DNA of 64,000 nt from a virus, in the IMG/VR virus record IMGVR_UViG_3300048691_000181, positions 32,001 through 96,000 of that record; one strand, written 5' to 3'. A model generated the notes under the pieces. It was not told the origin of the DNA. It did not search any database and worked only from the letters and a program-made list of their open reading frames with translations. Positions 1 through 9,230 of the stretch are shown here, in pieces. Each line of letters starts with the position of its first letter. Positions within the stretch are counted from its first letter, which is position 1. A program made the translations under genes and the position numbers.

Positions 1-278
1 GTAAATATAATCATCTTACAATTGAAGTGCCAATCGTAGACTTTCCTAACATCTTTGATAAGACTGAGACATACGATACAATCGTTATTGACCATTCTGT
101 TTCTAATGTTATCGATGCTTCAGGTGCTCATATCAATTCTCCTTTGAAAGAGTTTATCGTATTCCCTACGGCAGTTAAAGGTGTTGAAGGTGTTTCTACG
201 GCTTATACAGATACGTTTACGTATATCAACAGGTGGTTAGCTTCAGCAAATATGCCATCTGCTACACAAAACGGATAG
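1..278 (+). CDS. Major capsid protein, C-terminal fragment (gene begins before the window)
   Basis: Frame is open from base 3 (KYNHLTIEVPIVDF...). The YD..VIDH...SPLKEFIVFP...INRWLAS tail resembles crAss-like MCP C-termini, and a strong terminator follows. Ends TAG. Confidence 0.6.
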   Translation, partial: KYNHLTIEVPIVDFPNIFDKTETYDTIVIDHSVSNVIDASGAHINSPLKEFIVFPTAVKGVEGVSTAYTDTFTYINRWLASANMPSATQNG

Positions 279-319
279 GAATAATTCTTCAAATAAGAAC
301 AAGTTTAACTTAAAACATA

Positions 320-358
320 AAGGGAATCGAACTGGAGACATATCGATTCCTTTTTTTT
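320..358 (+). terminator. Rho-independent terminator
   Basis: Stem GGAATCGA/TCGATTCC followed by T8. Confidence 0.85.
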
Positions 359-374
359 AAACAAAGAAAACAAA

Positions 375-1553
375 ATGGTACAAAAAATATATCTACCTAA
401 ATCCTTAGGTATTTACAATCCGCCTCGCAAAAGTGGTATCTTTGGTACTGCTATTGATACAGACACCTTAGATGTTGCAGATTGGATTACGCAAGCTGCA
501 TCAGATGGAACAATTACTATTTCAGGTGTTGGTGCTGTTAGTTCTGTTGCAGGACGTACAGGAGCAGTTACTCTTGCTAAAGTAGACGTTGGGTTAACGA
601 ATGTGGACGATACATCAGATGCAAACAAGCCAGTCTCTATTGCACAAGCAACAGCTATTGGACTTAAGGCAAATTCAACTGTAACAGACAACTTGACTAC
701 TTTAAGCGGAGTGGCTGCTAATGCTACCAATCTTGGCACTTTTACGGGTGTTACAATTCCTGATAATGCCACAGTCAAGTCAGCACTGGCTCAACTTGAA
801 GCACACGGAGAAACGCTTGAATTACTCGTTGCAGCCAAGCAAGATAAGATTCAATATAAACAAGCAGGCACAAACGTTTCTACTCTTGGTGCTTTCGATA
901 AGATAAATGTTATTGGTGGCACAGCAGTTATAAATGGTGGTGATGCTACTCAATTAGACATCACTATTCCTTCCGTAGGAGCTACTACAAATACTTTAAC
1001 GAGTAATCTTGCTTCAGGTATTGTTTCAACTGTTAATGGTATAGTAGCGACCCTAACTCCTCCAACAGGAACTATTGCGACACAATTAGGTTTCGATGGT
1101 ACGGGTGCTATTGTTAAAGCTCTTCCAGTAGCTTCTGCTCCAATAACAGTCGTCAATAATGGTGCTTCTATTAAGTATTTTGTAGTATCTGGAACACCTG
1201 TTGTAACATTTACTAAAGCCGCTGGAGTAACACAAGTTGTTTCTACTGGTGGATTAATTGAAGTTATCCGTGTTCAAGTAGGTTTTGATACTGCTACGGA
1301 TACAGATGGTGCAAATTCTATTACAGTTCAAGTACCTACAACACAATCTGGCTCTATGATTCAAGTTCCTGTTGCAGAAATCTTCAACACTCAAAATGGC
1401 GCTACACCTTCAGTTACACCGTGGTTATATAAGAATCCAGGTTCTACACCTACACTTTCAGTTTCAGGTGGTACGGCAGGCTCTTTTGTTATTGTTAAAG
1501 CAACTGGAACGAATGTATTGGGTACAACAGCTACACTTGTAATGAACTTTTAA
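375..1553 (+). CDS. Virion fibre/decoration-type structural protein
   Basis: 392 aa, T/G/A/V-rich, with the common phage fibre motif VSSVAGRTGAVTL..DVGL.NVDDTSDANKPVS; no signal peptide. Confidence 0.6.
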   Translation: MVQKIYLPKSLGIYNPPRKSGIFGTAIDTDTLDVADWITQAASDGTITISGVGAVSSVAGRTGAVTLAKVDVGLTNVDDTSDANKPVSIAQATAIGLKANSTVTDNLTTLSGVAANATNLGTFTGVTIPDNATVKSALAQLEAHGETLELLVAAKQDKIQYKQAGTNVSTLGAFDKINVIGGTAVINGGDATQLDITIPSVGATTNTLTSNLASGIVSTVNGIVATLTPPTGTIATQLGFDGTGAIVKALPVASAPITVVNNGASIKYFVVSGTPVVTFTKAAGVTQVVSTGGLIEVIRVQVGFDTATDTDGANSITVQVPTTQSGSMIQVPVAEIFNTQNGATPSVTPWLYKNPGSTPTLSVSGGTAGSFVIVKATGTNVLGTTATLVMNF

Positions 1554-1578
1554 GTTTAATAAAACACAAAGAATAAAA

Positions 1579-2166
1579 ATGAAAAAAATATTATCAATTA
1601 TAGCATTACTTGCTATTACAGTAATGTCTTATGCTCAGAATATTACATTTGCGACTACTTATAATATCATAGGAACTACAAGTTTAGTATCTGGCAATAC
1701 TTATACAGTTATAGGCAATGTAACTGATTTTAATGGGATTTATAATGGTACAAGTGTGGCTGTTGGAGATAGTTTATTTTACATGGAAGATGGAATAATC
1801 TATGCTGGCGCAGTAACTCTTATCAATTCTACCTCTGGCAATCAAGTATCTTTTAGGTTCTTATCAACAGACGCTTTACTTTCTACATCTCCATCAGCAA
1901 CTATGTCTGGGCAAATTATAATATCTCGCAAGAATCCACAAGGTTATTGTGCTGTTCCTGCTGGAACAAACGAAGGACTACGTTGGTCATTAGAGAATAG
2001 ATTTAAGAAGCTACTTGCAAGCGATATTATAAATTCTAAAATATACGGAAGTTTTAAAAATCCCATTAATGCAGCATTATTTACGCCCATTAATGGGATT
2101 TGGGAAACAAGTATAGATAATGAAATGGGTCAAGTCGAAGGCACATTAATACGTAGAAAAAATTAA
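1579..2166 (+). CDS. Exported protein with Sec signal peptide
   Basis: MKKILSIIALLAITVMSYA|Q, SPI-type with +1 Gln. Confidence 0.7.
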   Translation: MKKILSIIALLAITVMSYAQNITFATTYNIIGTTSLVSGNTYTVIGNVTDFNGIYNGTSVAVGDSLFYMEDGIIYAGAVTLINSTSGNQVSFRFLSTDALLSTSPSATMSGQIIISRKNPQGYCAVPAGTNEGLRWSLENRFKKLLASDIINSKIYGSFKNPINAALFTPINGIWETSIDNEMGQVEGTLIRRKN

Positions 2167-2189
2167 TTAACAATTTGAGCTTAATAAAA

Positions 2190-2309
2190 ATGAGTACATT
2201 TATTAATGACCATGTTGGTCAATTTATTAGCATAATAGCAATCGTAATTATTGTTGCATTTATAATTTATTTTGTTCGTTATTACGAAAAAGAAAACAAA
2301 GATATTTAA
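2190..2309 (+). CDS. Small single-TM membrane protein (39 aa, not in ORF track)
   Basis: MSTFINDHVGQFISIIAIVIIVAFIIYFVRYYEKENKDI*; A-rich leader; TAATG overlap with the next gene. Confidence 0.65.
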   Translation: MSTFINDHVGQFISIIAIVIIVAFIIYFVRYYEKENKDI

Positions 2310-2743
2310 TGATACAAATTATAATATTATACATAGTCCTATCTATATTAATAGGACTAACTAAAAGTCTTGCAGATACAATTATTTCAGGGTCTTTCGC
2401 AGCTAAGTTTCCACACTTAGCAAATAAATCTAATTCATGGTGGGGTAATACCTCAAGGAAATGGAAGAATGGAGATAAAAGTCAGGGGGAGGCATTTTGG
2501 CTATCATCTTCAATATTAGTTCCGTTTACTGATTTTTGGCATTTCTTAAATCTATTAAATGCTAATTTATATAATGTACTAATGCTACTATCATGTTACT
2601 TATGCTATAAGTATTCATATTTTCCGCAAAATACATATTATATTTATTCGGTTATATTTGTGTTTGGTAGCTATATTTTAGCACGGACTACACATCATAT
2701 AAATTTTACACTTATTTTTAACGCTAAAACAAAACAATATTAA
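2309..2743 (+). CDS. Membrane protein, paralogue 1 (KNGD..QGEAF..SSSILV..TD.WH family)
   Basis: About 3 hydrophobic segments; motif shared with 5786..6211. Confidence 0.7.
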   Translation: MIQIIILYIVLSILIGLTKSLADTIISGSFAAKFPHLANKSNSWWGNTSRKWKNGDKSQGEAFWLSSSILVPFTDFWHFLNLLNANLYNVLMLLSCYLCYKYSYFPQNTYYIYSVIFVFGSYILARTTHHINFTLIFNAKTKQY

Positions 2744-3553
2744 ATGAAAAAAGTACTTATTTTTCTTTTTATAGCTATTAGCTATATTTCAGTAAATGCA
2801 CAAAGTCCTGTGGGTGGTGCAGGCATTTGCCTTACCGCAGGAGACCCTAATACAGGGTCACTCCAAGTAATCAATTCAAAATATTCTTGTCAGATTGTCA
2901 AGGATTCGGTTTCAAACTTATACTATCGCTATGATAATTCACTCGCAAGTGGTAGTAAGTGGGTAGTAATGACTTTAAGTGAAGTTGATGGTAGTATCAC
3001 AAACGAAGGTTTCATAGGTGTTACTGCTGGTTCAGCTACAACATCAATTTTGCAAGGTTATAACTCAGTAGGTACGGCTACTGGTGCAGGTGTAACTGTT
3101 ACAGCAGGAACAGGTTTATCTATTGCAGAAACAACCTCAATAGATGGTGGTGTTATCACATTAACAAATAGCCTACCAGACCAAGTAGTATCTATTACTG
3201 GTGCTGGAATTAGTGTTATTACTGGTACATATCCTAACTTTACCGTTACTTCAACGGAAGTAGATGGTTCTGTAACTAATGAGATTCAAACAATTTCAGC
3301 AACAGCAGCAGCTTCCAACTCAACAACAGTAGCCCTTAACTTAGCAGGTGGTTCATTTGCATTATCAGCAACAGCACCTTTGACTTTAACAGGTGCAGCA
3401 AATTCTCCTATTATCGGATTCGGAACACTTATAGCATATACGGATGATATTGCCGCAGGAACAGGTGGCGTGGCAATTGGAGGATGGTATCAAGCAAGTG
3501 CGGCTAACACAATGGGAGTGAAACAAGGAACGCCTCTAATCAGAGTATATTAA
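2744..3553 (+). CDS. Exported fibre-like protein with signal peptide
   Basis: MKKVLIFLFIAISYISVNA|Q; two EVDGS(I/V)TNE repeats typical of Bacteroidota surface/fibre proteins; two-Cys N-domain shared with the next gene. Confidence 0.7.
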   Translation: MKKVLIFLFIAISYISVNAQSPVGGAGICLTAGDPNTGSLQVINSKYSCQIVKDSVSNLYYRYDNSLASGSKWVVMTLSEVDGSITNEGFIGVTAGSATTSILQGYNSVGTATGAGVTVTAGTGLSIAETTSIDGGVITLTNSLPDQVVSITGAGISVITGTYPNFTVTSTEVDGSVTNEIQTISATAAASNSTTVALNLAGGSFALSATAPLTLTGAANSPIIGFGTLIAYTDDIAAGTGGVAIGGWYQASAANTMGVKQGTPLIRVY

Positions 3554-3570
3554 TTCACATATAAAAATAG

Positions 3571-3603
3571 GTCATCCTAATTTATTAACTTAATTAGGAT
3601 GAC
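3571..3603. terminator. Intergenic hairpin (terminator or processing site)
   Basis: GTCATCCTAATT...AATTAGGATGAC, 12-bp stem. Confidence 0.55.
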
Positions 3604-3611
3604 TAAAAATA

Positions 3612-5780
3612 ATGAAAAAAATAATGAAAAAAATAATATTATTTTTGTTGTTGATTATTCCATTTTTAATTTCTGCTCAAATTGTAGGTGGTAGTGGACA
3701 ATGCAAGATAAATGGTAGTCCTAATTCAGTTGCAAATTTACAAGTACTCAATCAGTCTTATAGTTGTTCATCCGCTATTGATACGTTGACGGGTGACGAA
3801 TGGGTGTATAATGTATCGTTAGCACAAGGGTCAAGATGGGAAAATAAAACACTAATGCTTTCTAACAAATGGAAACTTGGTGGCAATACATTAACAGCTA
3901 ATACTGTTTTTGGAACAAATAGTGACCATGATTTAGTATTTATTAGAAATGGTGTACGCGCTGGCTTAGTAAATAGTTCGTTAGCTAATACTTCTTTTGG
4001 TGTAAGTGCTTTACAATCTAACACTACTGGTTATAATAACACAGCTAATGGTCTAAATGCTTTATATTATAACACTACTGGCAATTCTAACACAGCTAAT
4101 GGTCTAAATGCTTTATATTATAACACTACTGGCAATTATAACACAGCTTTTGGTCTAAGTGCTTTACAATCTAACACTACTGGTTATTATAACACAGCTA
4201 ATGGTGTAAGTGCTTTACAATCTAACACTACTGGTTATAATAACACAGCTAATGGTCTAAGTGCTTTACAATCTAACACTACTGGCAATTCTAACACAGC
4301 TAATGGTGTAAGTGCTTTACAATCTAACACTACTGGTTATTATAACACAGCTAATGGTGTAAATGCTTTACAATCTAACACTACTGGTTATAATAACACA
4401 GCTAATGGTGTAAGTGCTTTACAATCTAACACTACTGGCAATTCTAACACAGCTAATGGTGTAAATGCTTTACAATCTAACACTACTGGCAATTCTAACA
4501 CAGCTAATGGTGTAAATGCTTTACATTATGGAAAAACAGGCAGTAACAATACAGTATTACTAAGCAGGGGAGACGGTATAGTTAGAAGTATTATAGCAGA
4601 CAGCTCTATGAATAACTCTTTAGTATTAGGTGCTGGTGAAAACATACGTATTTATTCTGATTCTCTTGCAAACACAGGATTTGGAACTACAACACCTACA
4701 AATAAACTGCACATTGAGGGTACTACTAATCCTATTCGTGCAGTAGGATTAGTAAGTGGTGTAAATACAGACAGTGTTGTAACAGTAGATGCAACAGGCG
4801 TTTTTCGTATGTCTAATTTGCAAGATATTGTAAAACGAAATGTCAATAATATATTTACTGTAAATCAAACTATAAATGGTATTACAGTAGGTAGGTCTGC
4901 TGGAAATACAACAAACTCTTTAGCGATTGGTCAAAATGCTTTAGCGTCTAACACTACGGGAAGTACTAATACGGCTATTGGTACAATATCACTTTTGTCA
5001 AATACTACGGGTTCTAATAATACAGCAGTAGGTTCAGGTTCTTTATATTCAAATGATATTGGTTCTCAGAATGTCGCAGTTGGGCAAAACTCATTATTAA
5101 ATAATAGTATTGGTAATACAAACACATCAATAGGACAAGGCTCATTATACAACAATATAGACGGAAATGGTAACACCGCCATTGGTCAAAATAGTATGGA
5201 CGCGCTTATAAATGGCGATAACAATACAGCTATAGGTAAAAATGCGAACGTACAAGATGCATTAACAAATGCTACGGCAATTGGTTATAATGCCAATGTA
5301 GATTCAGATAATTCACTGGTTTTAGGTAGTAATGTTAATGTTGGTATAGGTACATCATCACCCGTTTATAAATTAGATATTAATGCTATTTCAGGTGGTA
5401 CTGGAAACCCTATTCGTTTATTGGGGTTACAAACAGGCACAATAACAGATAGTATTGTAACATCCGCAAGTGGTGTACTAAAACGCATGTCACTTGCAGA
5501 TTTAAGTGTATCACAAATTATCAAATCTTCTAATACCGTAGTCAACATTCCATCTATTACAGGAATGGGAACAGTAGGGACAGTATCAGTAACAGTAACG
5601 GGTGCTGTTGTGGGTATGCAAGTATCAGCAAGCCCAAGAACAAACGTAATGACATCAGGAGTAAGTGCACCTATTGTTTATGTTAGTGCAGCAGATACAG
5701 TAACATTTAGTTTTAGCGGATTAACTGTAGGTGCTAATGGCAACATTTCTTCAAATTGGGATATAGTAATTCAAAAATAA
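3612..5780 (+). CDS. Fibre/adhesin-like protein with 17-aa beta-roll repeats and signal peptide
   Basis: MKKIILFLLLIIPFLISA|Q; W.LGGN..FGT motif; NTTG.NTA.G..AL repeats; two NVGIGT..P-type fibre motifs. Confidence 0.75.
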   Translation: MKKIMKKIILFLLLIIPFLISAQIVGGSGQCKINGSPNSVANLQVLNQSYSCSSAIDTLTGDEWVYNVSLAQGSRWENKTLMLSNKWKLGGNTLTANTVFGTNSDHDLVFIRNGVRAGLVNSSLANTSFGVSALQSNTTGYNNTANGLNALYYNTTGNSNTANGLNALYYNTTGNYNTAFGLSALQSNTTGYYNTANGVSALQSNTTGYNNTANGLSALQSNTTGNSNTANGVSALQSNTTGYYNTANGVNALQSNTTGYNNTANGVSALQSNTTGNSNTANGVNALQSNTTGNSNTANGVNALHYGKTGSNNTVLLSRGDGIVRSIIADSSMNNSLVLGAGENIRIYSDSLANTGFGTTTPTNKLHIEGTTNPIRAVGLVSGVNTDSVVTVDATGVFRMSNLQDIVKRNVNNIFTVNQTINGITVGRSAGNTTNSLAIGQNALASNTTGSTNTAIGTISLLSNTTGSNNTAVGSGSLYSNDIGSQNVAVGQNSLLNNSIGNTNTSIGQGSLYNNIDGNGNTAIGQNSMDALINGDNNTAIGKNANVQDALTNATAIGYNANVDSDNSLVLGSNVNVGIGTSSPVYKLDINAISGGTGNPIRLLGLQTGTITDSIVTSASGVLKRMSLADLSVSQIIKSSNTVVNIPSITGMGTVGTVSVTVTGAVVGMQVSASPRTNVMTSGVSAPIVYVSAADTVTFSFSGLTVGANGNISSNWDIVIQK
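3999..4525 (+). repeat. Tandem array of 51-nt units (10 full plus 1 partial) encoding G(V/L)(S/N)AL(QS/YY)NTTG(YN/NS/NY/YY)NTA(N/F)
   Basis: Units start at 3999, 4050 ... 4509 and are near-identical at DNA level. Confidence 0.95.
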
Positions 5781-5785
5781 AAGAT

Positions 5786-6211
5786 ATGACAACATTTTAT
5801 ATAATCCTTGCTTTATGTGCAATAGGGCAAGGGTTCTTTAAAGACATTTCAGATGCTTTAATGTCTGGAAAATTTCAAGATGCTTTTGGTGTGAAAAATC
5901 CTAATGGTTTCTTTGGTACAACAAGTTGGACAAGAAAATATAAAAATGGAGACGTGAAGCAAGGAGAAGCCTTTTTGTTCAGTTCTTCTATTTTGGTATT
6001 CCTAACAGATGCTTGGCATTTATCAAATTCTTTTGAGATGTTGTGTAATATGGGGTGTTTAGTATTGGTGTTAAATCTTAACTTTACATTAACTATGTCA
6101 ATTGCAGTAGCATTAGTATATTGGTTTCTAAGAAGTGGTACACATCATGTTATGTTTACTTGGTGTTATGCTATAATTAAACGCATTCGATTAAAAAATA
6201 AAAAGACATAA
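5786..6211 (+). CDS. Membrane protein, paralogue 2
   Basis: KYKNGDVKQGEAFLFSSSILVFLTDAWH matches the 2309..2743 motif; likely start is ATG 5786 (ORF track starts at 5756). Confidence 0.7.
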   Translation: MTTFYIILALCAIGQGFFKDISDALMSGKFQDAFGVKNPNGFFGTTSWTRKYKNGDVKQGEAFLFSSSILVFLTDAWHLSNSFEMLCNMGCLVLVLNLNFTLTMSIAVALVYWFLRSGTHHVMFTWCYAIIKRIRLKNKKT

Positions 6212-7413
6212 TGAAAAAATATATTTTTTTAATTCTTAGTATTTGTGTATTTTCATTAAATGCACAAATTACGATAACACCACAAGGTACAATTATGGGT
6301 ACGCTATCAACAAATTACGCTTCGCTTTCAACAAGCGATTCCTTTGTCAGGATGAAGTCGGATGGTACATTATTGGGTTCACCTATTTCAGGCTGGATAC
6401 AACCAGCTATTGTAGTTCCGACATCTTTTAATTCTACATTAACTCAAAAGCTACTATCGGGGCTTGTAGTAAATGGTACGAATACGGATAGTGTTATTTG
6501 CTTTAACGCTACAACGAAAGTTTATACAAAAGTGGCAAGAACAGCATTAACTACGGTTAGTACTGTTGATTATCTACAAGCTAAACTATCAGCAGCACAA
6601 ACAAAGACTGCTGTAAGCGATATCATTCTTAATACACTTGTATCGGGAAATATCCCACTCAATACAGCAACAGGGGTAATTACATTAACAGCAGGAAAGA
6701 CTTATAAGTTAGAAGCACGTGTTTATTCCCAAAATACAACAGGAGGGGCAAATGACTTTTATTTTGAGTTTGTAGATGCTACTTCAAATGTTGGAATAAT
6801 TAGTGGCTTGAATGGTATTGGCGGTATTTTAACAACTGGTTCTTTTTTGAGAAACTACAATCCGAACGTTTCTTTGATTTATACTCCTTCTACTAATCAA
6901 GCAATTAAGTTAAGGATTACCAGTTTCAGCGTTACTTCAACAGATATTATGGCTGCTACAAATATGACAGTAGAACAAATAGGCTTGACGGGAGTTAACG
7001 TACTGCCTATTGCAAATGGTGGTACTGGTTCGTCTACTCAAAATTTTGTAGATTTATCTTCAACAGCACAGGGCAGATTGGGCAGTCTTGGTATTGGTGT
7101 ATTAATTCCTACATCAAATTTGCATATTGTTGGCAGTTTAGCAACATCTATTAGAGAAAGCACTGTAACAGCTATAACAGTAGCAGCAATAGACCGCACA
7201 GTTATTTACACAATAACAACAGGCATGCCTGCATTTACCTTACCTGCCGCAAATACGTGTAGTGGTAGAGAGTATAGATTAGTTAATTATTCTGCAACGG
7301 CAGGAAGTGTAAGTAGTTATACTGGATTTACGGGTATAGCAGCCACGACAATACTTGCCCAATCTTCCATCGTAGTTCAATCAAATGGAACGACATGGAG
7401 ACGTGTTGAATAA
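6211..7413 (+). CDS. Exported fibre-like protein with signal peptide
   Basis: MKKYIFLILSICVFSLNA|Q; LPIANGGTG and LGIG..P.SNLHIVGS fibre motifs; C-terminal LPAA..C.GR.Y...SNGTTW module. Confidence 0.7.
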   Translation: MKKYIFLILSICVFSLNAQITITPQGTIMGTLSTNYASLSTSDSFVRMKSDGTLLGSPISGWIQPAIVVPTSFNSTLTQKLLSGLVVNGTNTDSVICFNATTKVYTKVARTALTTVSTVDYLQAKLSAAQTKTAVSDIILNTLVSGNIPLNTATGVITLTAGKTYKLEARVYSQNTTGGANDFYFEFVDATSNVGIISGLNGIGGILTTGSFLRNYNPNVSLIYTPSTNQAIKLRITSFSVTSTDIMAATNMTVEQIGLTGVNVLPIANGGTGSSTQNFVDLSSTAQGRLGSLGIGVLIPTSNLHIVGSLATSIRESTVTAITVAAIDRTVIYTITTGMPAFTLPAANTCSGREYRLVNYSATAGSVSSYTGFTGIAATTILAQSSIVVQSNGTTWRRVE

Positions 7414-7424
7414 ACTAAATAAAC

Positions 7425-7886
7425 ATGATAAAGCTATATCTAATCTTAGCAATAGTTTTATTTATAACGCTATTCGCTTACTTAATAATCAAATTTTTAA
7501 AAAGACTAACAATGTTTACACTTCAAACAACAGTTGACTTCAATCAACTCATAACAGGACAAGCTGTTCAAGATACACAGCTTCAAAATATTGCAGCAGT
7601 AACAGCAGAATTGACTGCCAATGTTCAACCAGCACTTGATTTGGTCACTTCAACACAAGCACAATTGGTTCTTGACCAAGAAGCTATCGTAGCCGCACAA
7701 GCAGTTATAGATGCAGCTAATGCTAAATTGGCAGCAAATCAAGTAATTGCTGATGCAGCAATTACTATGTATCAAGTAGCTTCGATTGACCTTACAGCAT
7801 GGACGACTTATGCACAGGACTTATCTGATGACATGGCTACGGTCGAAGGTTTGAAAGATATATATACTCGGAACAACGGACAGTAA
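7425..7886 (+). CDS. Ala/Gln-rich coiled-coil protein with possible N-terminal TM anchor
   Basis: 153 aa ORF; alternative ATG at 7512. Confidence 0.55.
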   Translation: MIKLYLILAIVLFITLFAYLIIKFLKRLTMFTLQTTVDFNQLITGQAVQDTQLQNIAAVTAELTANVQPALDLVTSTQAQLVLDQEAIVAAQAVIDAANAKLAANQVIADAAITMYQVASIDLTAWTTYAQDLSDDMATVEGLKDIYTRNNGQ

Positions 7887-7898
7887 CTTTTAGTATTC

Positions 7899-7926
7899 AT
7901 TGGAGGAGATTAAGCCCTCCTCCAAT
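7899..7926. terminator. Intergenic hairpin
   Basis: ATTGGAGGAG...CTCCTCCAAT, 10-bp stem. Confidence 0.5.
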
Positions 7927-7970
7927 ATTATGTCTTTAACACAAAAAAGAAATATTCAAACAAAACAACA

Positions 7971-8393
7971 ATGCCACAAATATCTAACCCCCAAACAGTA
8001 GGGAATAGCTTAGATTTACAACAAGCTGTTTAGTCTGCCATGTTTGCTTTTGCAACTCAATTATTAAAAGATGAAAAAGCAATATCGGCGCCTAATCAAG
8101 GCTATCAAATGTACGCTAAACGTATTGCATTTGCCAACCTTGTAATGCAGTCATATAGTCCCGATTCGATTTCCCAATGGGCAAAACGAGCAGCTACATT
8201 AATTGCCATAATTCAGCCAGATATTGTATTAAATGAACAAGCTACATTTAGATATCTGCTTCAAGATAATCCAATGGGACGTAATTGCATGGAAACGGAA
8301 TTCGCTTTGTTTCAATGGAATCAACAAGGCGAAACTTCGGGTCGCCAATTATGGGATACACTATCTGGTGTAAGCCAATTAGATTTACAATAA
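7971..8393 (+). CDS. Hypothetical protein, 140 aa if the in-frame TAG (8031-8033) is read through
   Basis: ATG 7971 has a typical A-rich leader; MPQISNPQTVGNSLDLQQAV*SAMFAF... is in frame with ORF 8040..8393. Confidence 0.6.
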
Positions 8394-8415
8394 AAAACTT
8401 AAACAATAATATTTT

Positions 8416-8880
8416 ATGAAACACGTATTAATTTTGGCTATGAGCCTATTCGCATTCACACTATCTGCACAAGATGTCAACTGTACAACAATCAAGGCTG
8501 TTCAAGCCGAACTTAAAATCTCAACCGAGAAGGTAATGATTAAGGCTCCGAGAACTCATTTTGAAGAGCGTTCTGAAACTGTTATGGTAAAAGCTGCTCG
8601 CACGCATTGGGAAGAGAAAGCATCTGACAAGCTTTTGTCAGATGAATATACTAAGGTTTTTCAAGACGCTACTGGCAAGTGGTGTGAATTGAAAGTTCCT
8701 GCTGTTTATATCTCTGTTGTAGAGAGCGTTGAGATTATCGATACGCCAGCAGAATACAGAACATTTACAAGATACATCGAGGTAGTAGACGTTCCTGCTG
8801 AATATAAGATGATTACAATTACTCATCGCATTAAAGATGGTTATGTTCGCGTTATCAATGTTGACTGTTCTGGTCGATAG
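8416..8880 (+). CDS. Exported protein with (V)PA(E)Y repeats
   Basis: MKHVLILAMSLFAFTLSA|Q; repeated VPAVY/TPAEY/VPAEY as seen in Bacteroidota envelope proteins. Confidence 0.65.
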   Translation: MKHVLILAMSLFAFTLSAQDVNCTTIKAVQAELKISTEKVMIKAPRTHFEERSETVMVKAARTHWEEKASDKLLSDEYTKVFQDATGKWCELKVPAVYISVVESVEIIDTPAEYRTFTRYIEVVDVPAEYKMITITHRIKDGYVRVINVDCSGR

Positions 8881-8909
8881 TTTAAGATAAACTTTAAAGC
8901 ATTTTAAAC

Positions 8910-9230
8910 ATGGACAATAACATACAAACGGTACTTTGGGGAGCAGTTGGCGCGGCAGGCACCGCCTTATCTGCATGGATTTTTAAGCTGGCTTTAACGC
9001 CCAACCAAAGAATTTCTGAGATGAATACCATTGTGGCAGCGCACTCAAAGATGCTTGTAGATATATCCAATGAGCTTCAAGAGGTCTTAATTGAGAATAG
9101 AAATTTCAAGGAACGCATCAAAGAGTTGGAGAAAGAAAATCACGAACTCTATACCAAAATAGAAAAATTAGAAAAGTCGGATGAAAACAATACACGAATT
9201 AACAAGCAGGCTCGAAGAATTGGGTCATAA
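8910..9230 (+). CDS. Holin-like/lysis-associated protein (1 TM plus coiled coil)
   Basis: N-terminal TM then heptads; overlaps the endolysin start. Confidence 0.5.
   Translation: MDNNIQTVLWGAVGAAGTALSAWIFKLALTPNQRISEMNTIVAAHSKMLVDISNELQEVLIENRNFKERIKELEKENHELYTKIEKLEKSDENNTRINKQARRIGS

Noticed and set aside
3999-4525. CRISPR array or DGR template/variable repeat
   Set aside because: Units are contiguous and in-frame coding with no unique spacers; there is no separate template copy or reverse transcriptase in the window
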